DNA of 64,000 nt from Enoplolaimus lenunculus (Eukaryota): NCBI GenBank assembly GCA_030248215.1, contig JASANG010002792.1, forward strand, positions 124,001-188,000, read 5' to 3'. Positions 13,059 to 26,204 of the stretch are shown in pieces. Position 1 is the stretch's first letter. Each line of letters opens with the position of its first letter. Below the pieces are notes generated by a model. It was not told the DNA's origin and made no database searches. It saw only the letters and a list, made by a program, of their open reading frames with translations. Both the position numbers and the translations under genes were made by a program.

Positions 13059-14452
13059 TTTCATTTTTTGCAATTTTTCAATCAGATTTCAGGGTAAAGC
13101 TGCAGGTAAAAAATCAAATTTCGGTCGGTGGAAATTAATATACTAACAATGACAGTAAAAATTAAATAGATTTCATTAGTATAGTATATAAACAATGACA
13201 ATCGCCGAAAATAAACCATCGAAGGTAAATTTCGGTTCCGTAGATTATGAAAATCTTAAATGCAGCAGATAAAGTCAATATCTCTAACTAGGGTTATTTC
13301 ACCATGAATAATGCCCAAAAAATTAAAATTAATTTTTTCTTTTAATGTATTTGTCACTTTCCGGTTCCGGTATTTTTTTAAATTCCGGCAGCACCCTGTA
13401 CATAGAATAGTAATTACGTAATCGTGCCAAAAATAACACTATTGTGGGTGTGACCGTTTTTCATGTCTCAGAACAATGACAGACACATTATTAAATTAAA
13501 GCTGAAAATTATATACATACTCAATAATGTGTTTATGTTGTTATGCTAGCAGCAACAATAATAACGCATTTGCCTGAAAGTTAAATATAAGGTCAGCGCG
13601 AGTCAAACAAAGCAATGAAAAAACATGAAATGAGTTTTTCTCGAAACATCAAATTCAGAAAAATTTAATACACATGCATAAGTGAAACATGGATTTTTCT
13701 GTGTCTTGCAAGCCGGTGTTTACTTAAAATTGAATAAATTTCGACAATATTTGGGCTTCCCGCGAGTCTAAAATCGTTCTGCGTCCAAATATAGATTTTC
13801 GAAAATTCCAATTGCCGAGGTCCTAAGGTACTCATTTGGGACAGACTAAAATTTACAATTTTTTCATCGCTCAAATAATCTTTGCTGGTTATAAATCGTT
13901 TTGCATTAATTTTTATATTAGCATTCTAGTAAAAATCAGTATAATAAAGTGCTGAAAATGCTGCATTTTTCTCAAGTATATCACAACATCTAGATGGGGT
14001 TTAAACAAAATTTTTTTGTGGTCTGTCAACTACATTTTCTTGTTTAAACGAAATTCTTTTTGTCTGCGCAAAGAATGCGCATGCGGAGTCGGTTTTGATT
14101 AATGTTTGAAAAAGTTTTTTAGCAGTAAATTTCTTTTGCAGTTTCGGTGCTTCTGATTATACAAATTCACGACTTCGGCCCTCTTGCATGCCAAGTGGAC
14201 ATTTAAAACACCCCCCTTCGGTCGCAAAACTAACCATCGGTGTGACCAAACAGTATGTTTTCACTAAAACAATCAGCTGAAACGAAACCAAACCACAAAA
14301 TCAACCATCATTAAGCATATTTAATTCATTTCTTCAATGAACGAACGAGAAACTATCTGCGACTCTTCGACAGGCGGCTCTTGCGTTTGTGTTTCCGCTA
14401 TCACGTTTTCCGAATCTTAAACATAAAATATTATACAGATAGAAATTGAAGT

Positions 14453-14922
14453 TAGGGATCAACCGGATCCAAGATCCGGATCCCGGTCGGATCTCTGCAA
14501 TTTTTAAGATCCGGATCCGAATCCGGTAAAATAAACTACCGGATCTTCGGATCCGAAATTTGATGTACAAACAAAAACATACCAAAATTGGTGTATGTAT
14601 TTCAACTATGCGTACGTAATCTAATAAGCACTGTGTGAGCATTAATGCTCTATCGGAATGTCAGGTTAATGACATCCACGTGGAGACCAGTGTTGTTGCG
14701 GAAGAAGAACAACCATAAATTTTTTTAAAGACTTCTTTTTTTAGTTGCTGCAAGTTTTGTTGACTAATTTTGCAAAAGAACCAGTTGAACTTTTTTCTAT
14801 TTATATACATTAGGTATTGAAAAATTATCCAGCTAGTAGGATGCGTATCCGGGCCGGATCTGAATTTTAAGATCCGGATTCGGATACGGTACATGCAACA
14901 TTTTGGATCCGGTCGCTCCCTA
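14453..14922. mobile_element. hAT-like MITE, TIR TAGGGA.C.ACCGGATCCAA
   Basis: Imperfect 20-bp TIRs, 8-bp TSD ATTGAAGT (14445-14452 / 14923-14930), internal (ATCCGG)n subterminal repeats. Confidence 0.85.
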
Positions 14923-14995
14923 ATTGAAGTGAACCATTATGAATCCGTTGTTCTTGAATATTATTGTCAATGTAAACAGATCTTTTAGTGTCACA

Positions 14996-17900
14996 TTATA
15001 CGCTGCGTTTGAAACTCAAACTTTCGTGCTCTAACCAATGCATCTTCTTTTTTTATGAAAGTCCAACAAAACGTCAAGAAAGAAATAGTTACTTTCATAT
15101 GATACAACACTGCTTTTACGGGACTTTGCTCCATCTTTAGCGACTGCTTTGCGAACTTCTCGACTCTGTTCGAAATACATATTTGGATGTGAAATTGTAT
15201 TTGCTTCATGATCGTCCATATTGTGAACGCATTCAAAATATCGTGTACATGCTGACTGATAATTTTTCTCTTTAACGTATTTCATCACCTAAACAACAAA
15301 AAGGAAATTGATAAATATAACTGGTGTCATTGTAAAACACGTCTGCTATTGGTATAATAAATTAACAAAAATCAGACGCTTTTTAAATACAGTTACGATA
15401 ATGTTTGCTGTACCATGATACTGGGTCAGTTTGGCATGGCAAAATTATATTAACCCTTTTTTTCGAAATGTAGTACTAAAATGTGCAAGAGTCTATATAT
15501 TTAATCAACGACTTTGAATTTTGAACCATAACGCGATATTAACATGAAATGATTCTAAAGTTTTGAACATAAATCTATTAAAACATGATCAACGGTTTCG
15601 GAATTTCACGTCTTACGAACAGAACTATGAATTACGACCCTCAAGCACAAAACATAAACCCTGTGCGAGACTCACACGTTCAATATGACTGTCACGCAAA
15701 TTCATAGACTGAAGTCGTTTAAGCAGATTGTCCTGGTCAAAATGTTTGAACGGGCATCCTAGAAATACGAACAAATTTGCAAGAAAGTCACAAATCGAAC
15801 AAAAAACTAACTGAAATCAAGCGGCTATATTACAGTCAGTGTATAAGTCAGCCATCCTAAACCTACTCTCGCGCTTATTTACATTTATAAAGTTTACTAT
15901 AACACCTTCCTACTCAAAACAGCAATTGATTCTATATTCCTGATACTTGATTCAAAGCCGTAACTATGTAGATGTACACTCATAAACTGAAACTACAATA
16001 TTAATCTTTTACAAAAGTTGATTTTTTTGCAACTAAGTGAAACTGACACGGAATTTCAAGCAATTATGTTATAGGCTCACCATGTGCATCCTGAGGCCCA
16101 GGTGGATTTGAAGTGATAATCTTAACGCACGAAAACGGTGTATAACTAACGCGTTTGCCTTCTTTACCATAATTGTGACGAATCGAATACGCATACTGTT
16201 TATCAAACTAAAATCACAAACCGTAACTTCAATAGCAGTGATCGTCCGCTAGTAAAAAGTGCTCAAATAGGCTAATTTAAAAGCAAAAATACCAAAATTG
16301 ACAGAGGTGCACGCCGAACGATATTTATCTTACCAGATCTATCACGAACTTAGTAACTGGTGCTATACAAGGTTTTAGCTGCCCTGTAGTTTATCTCAGT
16401 CAACATACACAGAAAAGCAATGCCACAATTTTTTGCACAACACATCAGTTTCAAGACATGTATTTTTAAAACACTTACAAAGATTAAAACTGTAAATTAC
16501 GTTTACGTACATTAATAGGTTATGTCAACTTCAGCAAAGAAAATCATACTGTCACTTATTCCAATTGTGACCGATGATAATAAATAACAAACATGCAGCT
16601 TCAACGGTGTATATCCGACCAACTAGAATATCAACACACACAATAAGTTAATTTTTTCCGAGAAACAAAAGCCCAAACTTGCCCTCATAACCTGTTTCCT
16701 AAACCATCTTACATACCTTATCATCAGGTATCAATTTTGTGAACTCTTTTCTCCAAAATCTCAACGAATCGTCCATTGTTATACCGATGCCTTTCAAAAA
16801 CAGTCCGTATTGCATACGACCGCCGTGTTTCAAATGATGATCTTTACGCAGTCGCGTATGCAATTCATGCATACACAATGGATAATCGGTTGTAGACAGC
16901 TGTAATCACGAACATTAACAGACATACAGTACATACATTATGCAAAGAACTTATAATTACAAAAAGTTGCAGCTGCAAATTTTGCAAAAGGGTTTTAAAA
17001 AAGTTGCACGTTAGAATAGGACCAACGAATATCATCCAACCTTGATAACGTAACGACTGAAACCATACAATCGCTTACATTATCCAGCATTTCCGGTGTG
17101 ACCTTTTCCCCTGAAGTTGCGTTCGCATAATCACTACCAGTATGAATTCCTTTCGTACTTAATTGATTTACAATTCGCACAAGGCGTTGATCAGATTGAA
17201 TTCGACAAAACAGACGCGCATAGGACTGAAATAATGCAAAGACACAGAAAACGTTTACATCATGTTGCTGTTGGTGCTTAATAATAAGAAATAGCGCCCA
17301 TAAATTTACCACAACCCAAAATAAAGTCTTCCTTAATAATATACGCACACCAGGCGACTTTTGCAACGTGGATCTGTGTGTGATACAGAAACCAAAAAGC
17401 TTCGTTGAAGTTAAATTTAAGAATAACGTTGGGTAATTCACGAAACATAATTTTGTAAAAAATATAAGATACTTTGTATCAAGCTGACAAAAATAGATCC
17501 GCCGAAATTTACATAAAGAATGGTTAATACTTCGTTTTCAGTTGAAAACACATGATGTACTCCAAAAACCACAAAACTAAACTAAGAAACTTAAAACTAA
17601 TTACTGCAAGTGATTGTGACAAATTTGATCGAAATTTTCCAACCAATATTCGATGCAATAAATCATGGGGCAGATATGCATCGCCTGCTCGAAGTATCAC
17701 ACGTCGCTCTTTGACCAAATCCAGCGCCTCTGTGAACGGAACCTATAACACAAAAGGTACGTACTAAGCAGGGTTCGACACGATACCAAATACCGAAGCA
17801 GGATATTTAAGTGAATATTTCAACCAAAAGTTACACTTAATGACGTAAATTTAGCATGTATTTGTTATAATATGTATTTTTGATTTTGTTTTTACAAGTC

Positions 17901-20900
17901 TTAGTATTAATTCGCCGTCTCTAGTCTTTATTTGTGTTATTTTGAACAAAATTCATTGAGAAGTATTTCGATTTTGGTCATAAAAAATCCCATACCACTC
18001 GTATGGGGACTACACACATTGAGAAAATTTCGGATCGCTTACTGATGATACGCTCAAATGCAATAACTGAAATAGCTAATATGCTATTCAGGTAGTATCC
18101 TATTAGTTTGCACATATAGAAAGTTGAACGACATATTTAAGTGTTTCTTATCCAAAAACGCTATGGAACATAGTGTATACACCAACAGAACTAATACTTA
18201 TGAAAATATAATGCACTCAAATAGTTTTAATTGGCATTAGTAATAATAATAATAATAATAATAATAATACGAATGTAGCTAACTTTTTCAAGTGTTCCAA
18301 ATTCTAAACGATGTATTTAAATTTCATATGCTCGAAAATCCAAGGTCAGCAGCGGGAATAGGCGGGGAGATATTAAAATTTTCAAAACAAATTATTTGTA
18401 TGCTTTGTTCGTAAATTGTTTGTTTTTCATAGTTTATGTTTAGTCTTAGAATATCTGCTCATAATTATTATTGCGTAGATTCGCAGCGAAAATTTATTTA
18501 TCAAAGACATCCCTTACATTAGCAGTACAGCCATACATTTGCTGAATCCTTGACCTCTACGGTTCCAAACCAACGAGACTCAATAAAACCGGGACTGTAA
18601 AAATTTCTAATATAGGTTTCACCAAAAATGAGCCGGTAACTAGTAAACGGCTTCGAATTTTAAAACCCAATGCAAGGTTAACACTCCACATTAAATGATG
18701 GTGTAAGATGGTACCTTGATATATAATGCAGGATGCAAGTCTATTCTAGATTAGTATGTAATACCGTATGGAGTTCTTCCCGAAAATTTTGTTGTGGTTA
18801 CGATAACGTTCGCACCCGCAATGTTCGTATCATACATCCGTTGCTTTCAACACTAAGCTATTCAATCATGTTGACCTCATAGAAATAGATCCAGATTGTC
18901 TCCCGCACATGTCCGTCAATCTGTCTCCCCAAAGCGAACCTCGGAAACCGTTAAACGGATTTTAATAACATTTGTCGTTTAAAAACTCATCGTGGTTTGT
19001 CGTTTTAAAACTTATCGTGTAATGTTACCAATAAACCCCACTGTCGTGTATGCCATTATTTTTACAATCTTAGATTTTCAATACCTTGTAAGCAGATTTC
19101 AAATTTCCAAGAGTAGGCGGCGGTTTAGCTCCAGGATGACATTGAAAACTCAACAGAAACTGTTTGGTCACATCGTCCATTTCTTCCGGTCGCACCTGAA
19201 ACAAACAAGTGACTTCGGTCAATACGAAATTGTATAATATTAACCAAACTAAATCAGCATATACTGGCTTCTCCACAGCGGGGGGGCGGGGGGCCCCCAG
19301 CACTTTTCGAAATTTTCATTTTCCCCCCGGCGAAAATTTTGCCGCCCCCAGGAAAGGCCCCCCGGCGTCTTTTCGGCCGCCCCCAGCAAAATGCCCCCAG
19401 CAAATTTTTTTGCTGGGGGCCCCCCAGGACTTTTCTAAGCCAAAAATTTTCAATGTAAAACATAAAGACCTGGATTTTTTTCAGGCGGACAATCGGCTAA
19501 ATGTGATTTTATATTACGCTGAGTACTCATAATTTTTAATAGCGTTACAAATACCGGTAGTAACTAGTACAATTCAATAATGAACTGAAAAAAGCACAAT
19601 TATATAAAGACCGTTTCAGGGCATACAGCATTCGAAAGTACCTTGCAGCAACAAGTTCAACCCGCCTGAGCCTGATGATAAACTGAAGCTGTGACTAATA
19701 TATAAAATATATGTTAATCACAGTTTCAATTATAGATTATCTATATTTTATATAATTGTGCTTCTTTCAACTTCTGGTAAAGTTGTCAGTAATATTAGTT
19801 AAAATTATAGGAAACGCCCCCCGGCGGAAATTTTCAAGCTGTGGAGAAGCCAGATATATACATTCGATTACAATCTATAATACTACAGTTTCAATTAGCA
19901 ATCGCAACAAACCTGTGTTATATAAGATAATCCCGGTGTTTGCAGAAAAGTTCTAATTTGATCTTGAGTAGCGTCATGAAGTCTCCATTTAAAAAGTTCA
20001 ACTTCTTGTTGTAAAAACCAACGACGCATTTCTGGTCTAAAATTAAGGATTTGATTTGTAATAACTTAGATACAACAGAATTATGGTGTATATGCGATTT
20101 ATTACAACTATATAGTGCACAGTACCTATATTCAGGGTGCAACCGGAATTATAAAGTACCGGAACCGAAACCGGAGAATAAAAAATATGTTACCGAAAAA
20201 TTCATTTTTAACGCTATTTTATCGATTTTAATGCTGTAAACACATCATTTCGAATGTCAAAACCTTGAAACAAATGCAGTAGGTGCAAACCAGGGAGTAA
20301 CCGGATATCCATGTGCATTTCCGCTAAAAATCGGTGTTCATTTCTGTTTCCGTTATAGAAATAATCAATATCCGTATTCCGTTTCCGCTATTTTTAGTAT
20401 CCGTTTACATATTGCTGGAAACCTATGATAAATATTGTGGAGTATGGCACAAACTGAACATTATGGCAATTATACATGATCAGACATTTTTTGAAAAATT
20501 TTTTCTTAAATTTTCGAATGAGAAAAATTTTCGATTCCAAAAATACCGGAAAATTCCGGTGAAAAAATACCTGATTTATTACCGGAACCGGGGCCTAATA
20601 GAAACCAGTTTGCTATTTATGTTTAAATAAGTTCCCGTACACCAGGGTGCAACCGGAATTCCGGTTCCGGCATTTTTTCACCTTCCGGTTCCGGTTCCGG
20701 TAAATTTTTACCGGATTTAAAAATTCCGGTATTATAGTTTGGCCGTTTCTTAACTTTGCTAATTTTTAAGAATCTCTTTTGAAAGCCACTTGTACTCCGA
20801 ATATAAGCCATTGATGGTGGATTTCACTTCAGTCGATGATGAAAATCTAAAATACAACAAATAAAGTAAATTCCTATGTTCGACTAAGGTTATTTCACAA

Positions 20901-23900
20901 ATAATAGAGCAAAAAATAAGATTAAAATGAAATTTTTGGTGAAATGCATTTTTCACTTTCCGGTTCCGTTTCCGGTTCCGGTAAAATTTTCAAATTCCGG
21001 TTCCGGTTCCGGTAAATTGTAATTCCGGTTGCACCCTGCCGTACACATATATCTATATTTTGTTACCGAATCATCAAGCGTAACGCAATTTTAATACTAA
21101 ATTTGGTTAATAGTGGCATGAAACTCGTGAGCGAAATGACAGAGGACGTATACATTACGTATATTCTAGCCAGAGTGCAACCGGAATTCACGTAACTAGG
21201 ATTATTTCACCAATAATAATGCAAAAAAATAAAATTAATTTTTCGGTGACATGCATTTTTCATTTTCAGGTTCCGGTTCCGTTTCCGGTAATGTTTTCAA
21301 ATTCCGGTTCCGGTAAATTGTAATTCCGGTTACACCATGATTGTAGCTCATGTTGATAGTTAACTTAATGAGTTATAACTTGGCCCCGGTTGGTACCGGC
21401 TTAGGCCCAGGTAAAAATACCGGCACCTGGGTTGTATATATGGAAATAAGCATTCACACATTGAAATAGTAAAAATCTAAAAGCCACAAATATACTAAAC
21501 AACGCAGTTTACAGACATTATTTTGCAAATGATGTATGCTTTGTGACCGGAATTACAACTTACTGGAATCGGAATTTGAAGAAATTGCCGAAAACGGAAC
21601 AGGAAAATGAAAAATACATGCCACCGAAAAGTTCATTTTAATATTCTTTTTTTTTGCAACATTCATGGTGAAATAACCCTAGTTGGAAATAGGTATTCAT
21701 TTTATCCAGATTGTAAAGCGGAACTGGATTATACCGGAATCGGAAACGGAATTGGAACAGCAAATTTATATTGGAATCGGAATTACAAAGTTTGTGAATA
21801 TACGGATAATTTGTATTTCCAAGTATAATATTGATTTAGGGCGTATGTTGGCTAGTAACAATTCTCAAAAACGTCGCAAGCACAAATTGGCAATATTTTT
21901 TGGCTCTGTAAAGCTAAACTACAATCAATTATTGATGTTACTTTTCGAAAATAAATTAATACATAAATGATGCTGAATTTTTATACAACATATCACAGAA
22001 AGTAGCTCTAAAATTAAAATGTGGAAATTCAGATTCCGATTGATTGTGCAATCGGAATTCTAATCGGAATCGTAATTCCGATTGCACCCTGATTTTATCT
22101 GCTGTATTTTAGATTTTCATAATCTACGTAAGATAAATTTACTTTCGACGGTTTATTCTCGGCGATTGTCAAGGTTTCATAGTATACTACGTAATGAAAT
22201 CTACGTATGTAATTTTTACCGTCATTTTTTAGTAAAGTATCGTAATTTCCACCGACCAAATTTTAACACCGGAATTTTTAATTCCGGTAAAAATTTACCG
22301 GAACCGGAAGGTGAAAAAATGCCGGAACCGGGATTCCGGTTGCACCCTGGCCGGATGTGAAAATACCGGATACCGAAATCTACAGAGTCGAAAATTTTCA
22401 ACAGAAGCCGGATCGTAAATCCTAAGTCCTGCTAGAAAACAGCTACCGGAATTCAGAAAAAGGAAATCCGGTATTTTTTATTATCTTTTTCCGGTGTTAA
22501 ATCAGGTATATACTTCATTTCATAGTACTTTTCTTTTTACTGCATGTATGGTATTTAATAAATGTTGCAATTACACATATGTTTTCTGAAAATCGCCGAC
22601 AGAACCAGGGTGCAACCGGAATTCCGGTTCCGGAATTTCTTCACCTTCCGGTTCCGGTAAATTTTTACCGGAATTAAAAATTCCGGTGTTAAAATTTGGT
22701 AAATGGAAAATAAGATATTTTGCTAAAAATGACTATAAAAAAATTAATATATAGATTTCATTCGTATAGTTTATAAACCTTGACATTCGCCGAAAATATA
22801 CCATCGAAGGTAGATTTTGCTTTCATGGATTATGAAAATCTAAAATACAGCAGATAAAGTCAATACTTATCTGCAACTAGGGTTATTTCACCAATAATAG
22901 TGTAGAAAAAAAATTAAAACGAAGTTTTTGCTGGCATGTCTTTTTCATTCATGGTTGGCGATTGCCAGGGTTTATTATTCGAACTATACAGGGTGCAACC
23001 GTAATTACATTTTATCCGGACCAGAATTTTTGCAATATTATTGATGAAATAACCCTTAGTTAGTTAAAGATAGGTATTCACTATCTGCTGTTTTCGATTT
23101 TCATAATTCACGGAAGCGTAATTAACCTTCGATGGTTTACTTTCGGCAATTGTCAAGGTTTATATAGTATACGAATGAAATCGACTTAATTTTTATTGAC
23201 ATTTTTATGTCATTTTCCGGTTCCGGTAAATTGTAATTCAGGTTGCACCCTGAACAGAACATCACTGAACGAAGATTTTACCAGCGTACGTTACCTTACC
23301 GTTTTCTGAAGGTGTTGTTTGTTTTAGCGTAAAAATGTATCTGCTAAACAATTGCCTATGCAATAGAGATCTGTTCAGCGTTCACCGTGAACATAAAGCA
23401 TAGACAGAAACGTAAACTTGGTATTATTTAAGTTGCGGTTTGAAACTTACTGAGACTCAAAAACTGAGACCATGACTACAGGCCAAAATACGTGTTGCAA
23501 GAAAACAACCTTTTCAAAGACTTCAAAATTTTCACTTCTCAGCATTCGCTAGTATTACTTACGTCCTACAAAACGTTAAACGTAGAATGTAATGCGATAT
23601 CAGATCATTTGACTGTTCGTCCAATTTCAAAATGCCTCCAGATCCGCTCTGAAATGCTATATATCCAAACTGGCAGCTCCACAATGAGGACTGGGGAGCC
23701 CCAGCAAATTGTCCCGCGCTCGCAGTCAATTTCTGGCGCCCCCGACAGTTTCCTACTGCGCCTGCCCCAATTTAAACCCTTACCTCCGGCTGAATCCAAG
23801 CTCCTAAAATTTTATGATACGTATGCAGGGTGCAACCGGAATTACAATTTACCGGAACCGGAACCGGAATTTGAAAATTTTACCGGAACCGGAAAATGAA

Positions 23901-26204
23901 AAATGCATTTCACCAAAAATTTCATTTTAATCTTATTTTTTGCTCTATTATTTGTGAAATAACCTTAGTCGAACATAGGTATTTATTTTATTTGTTGTAT
24001 TTTAGATTTTCATCATCGACTGAAGTGAAATCCACCATCAATGGCTTATATTCGGAGTACAAGTGGCTTTCAAAAGAGATTCTTAAAAATTAGCAAAGTT
24101 AAGAAAACGGCCAAATTATAATACCGGAATTTTTAAATCCGGTAAAAATTTACCGGAACCGGAACCGGAAGGTGAAAAAATGCCGGAACCGGAACCGGAA
24201 TTCCGGTTGCACCCTGACGTATGTCATTGTTTATATCTGTTTATTTTTATTATTGTTTCCAAGACGGTTCCGAATGCAACAATGCGCGTGGCAACATATG
24301 ATTACATCTTTAAACAATAAACTTTTGTATGACTTATAATTCAATACTTTTTGTTTCAGGTCAAAAATTTCAGAATTGAGGTCGGTCATGAAATAGCTGG
24401 GTTTGTGAAGAACGTGCATTTGCTGAAATAATAAATGTTATTAGTTTGACAGATCGAAAAACAACGTTCTAATTTTATTAAGTTTCCGGATTGGCCGACC
24501 ATTTGAACATAGTTTTGTAGTTTGTGAAAATATATCAGAAAAACACAAAAAAGTTTTTCCTGAAGTATTGTTCACCAGCTCATCAACACAAAAAGATTAA
24601 TGTTTCACCGTAACAGGAATCGGAACATCAATTTTGCCCGAATTTCAGTCGAAAGTGAAATTCCGTTCTAACCCCGATGCGATGCACAGTGCCTGGAAAA
24701 TTGTTGCGCCCGGATAATTTTTAGCAACCCCTTTCGCAACCCAGCCGGAATAGTTTCGTGCGTCCTTCCCCAAGTTCACACCCCTACACCCTTTCAAAAA
24801 TGTTAAATTATTGTGTTGTGATTGCTTACGTTTCTACTACTGTTTCGAAGACGACCCAAACCAGTGATCCGCCCTAGTTAAACAGATTTATTCCGAAAAC
24901 AAAATTTTAAGATTTTCGAAGAACCTATTGAAAAAATTCATTATTTACATACAATGTATGAAAGGTACGATTGAATATGATAATCCTGTTTTCTATATAT
25001 CAGGCAAAAAACCGATATTCGAATTAAGCAAGTCAAGAAGCTCAAATATAGATGCTATATCCGGTTAGCATCCGGATCCGGTAAATTAATATCCGGTTGC
25101 ACCCTGGCCCTGATATTCGTTCTTGTTTTGAGACAAATTTCAAAGTTCATTTGTTTTTTATTGCCATCATAAGAAGCGATTTGGTAAGCTGCAGGTTGTA
25201 AACGGAATTCCGAATATGATTGAAATTTCGATTGAAACCGTGTTCTGATTCTGATTAATTAAAGGTACTTATATAATCGAAACCCGAATAAAATTTTTAT
25301 CTTGTTTGCTGTTTTATTGTTATATGCTTCTTTGCTCCAACGCCACCCTGCGAAATGCACTTTTTACCATTTGTTCGTCCCGTTGTTTGAGCTTCAGAAA
25401 CGCCGCCTTCAACGCATTGTAAACGTCGACACGTGTTCGAGGAGCATTGTTCAAATTTGATATGTCTCGTTTCATTTCTCCAATGCAATCTTCGATCATT
25501 TCGAGGACTGACATAATAAAAACATTATTACTTATATATTCCTACGTACATAAAGAAAACGAAAAAGCCTGTACAAATATCCATAAGAAGTTTTGGTGTT
25601 TGATACATAAACCTCTTCTGGGTCTGGCCTAGCTACGCACTCGTGCTCAAGGTCTTTTACAGAATGTCATAAAACTAATTAAGTACATGTTACCGCGTTA
25701 AATATCACATCGTGGTATTTAGAGCGGTGAGCGGGTATCTAAGGAATATTTATGAAATTCTTAGAATTATGCAAGTTTTGAAACACACAAATAACACCCA
25801 CAGTACCGCGAAATTTGGTGAAAACATATATATACGTACGTACCAAAGTGAGAAAGTACGCAGTTTCGAAACCCCAACCCTCTTTCCCATTGCTTATGAT
25901 GTGGAAACTAAAAATATAACATGCATACAAATCCAAACTTAATTATACCAAATTATGTATTCGCATCGAACAAAAACTCACTTTTAACACGGGCTACGCC
26001 CAGTTGATACAGATCGATAAACTGAATACGGTCCATAGGCGGATCAGCGTATATAGACAAAAAATTTAAAAAACCGCGGGCAGCGACATGCTTTAAATAA
26101 GTTGTATTCAGTTCTCTCAATGGTTTGACTTGGATACCACGTAAATTGCACGCTGACTTCAGTTCACGAGGTAGCATTTGTGATTTAGGTTGAAGTATTT
26201 CCAT
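14996..26204 (-). CDS. PRIM2: DNA primase large subunit (p58), 12-13 exons
   Basis: Minus-strand exons: 26204-25982, 25507-25368, 24422-24348, 23648-23563, 20036-19913, 19195-19085, 17742-17605, 17225-17079, 16899-16717, 16207-16081, 15758-15676, 15288-15093. The end is either a short exon 15030-14996 or read-through to a stop at 15031. Motifs: [82 protein letters not shown]. All four Fe-S cluster cysteines are present. Confidence 0.93.
18240..18268. repeat. (AAT)n microsatellite
   Basis: Perfect TAA/AAT run of about 9 units. Confidence 0.9.
19264..19853. mobile_element. MITE with 16-bp perfect TIR CTGGCTTCTCCACAGC
   Basis: TIR at 19264-19279 and reverse complement at 19838-19853, with ATATA on both flanks. 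Lies in a PRIM2 intron. Confidence 0.8.
20643..21038. mobile_element. hAT-like MITE (same family as 12118-12490, reverse orientation)
   Basis: TIRs CAGGGTGCAACCGGAATT, 8-bp TSD CCGTACAC, near-identical interior. Confidence 0.9.
21169..22349. mobile_element. Cluster of degenerate/nested copies of the CAGGGTGCAACC MITE family
   Basis: Partial TIRs at about 21171, 21330, 22085 and 22340, plus recognisable interior segments and (CCGGAA)n repeats. Confidence 0.6.
22606..23252. mobile_element. Composite hAT-like MITE (same TIR family)
   Basis: TIRs at 22606 and 23252, TSD GACAGAAC/AACAGAAC (7/8 match), extra internal TIR at about 22989. Confidence 0.75.
23826..24216. mobile_element. hAT-like MITE (same family as 12118-12490)
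   Basis: Perfect TIRs, flanking direct repeat ACGTATG (7 bp), near-identical interior. Confidence 0.88.
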
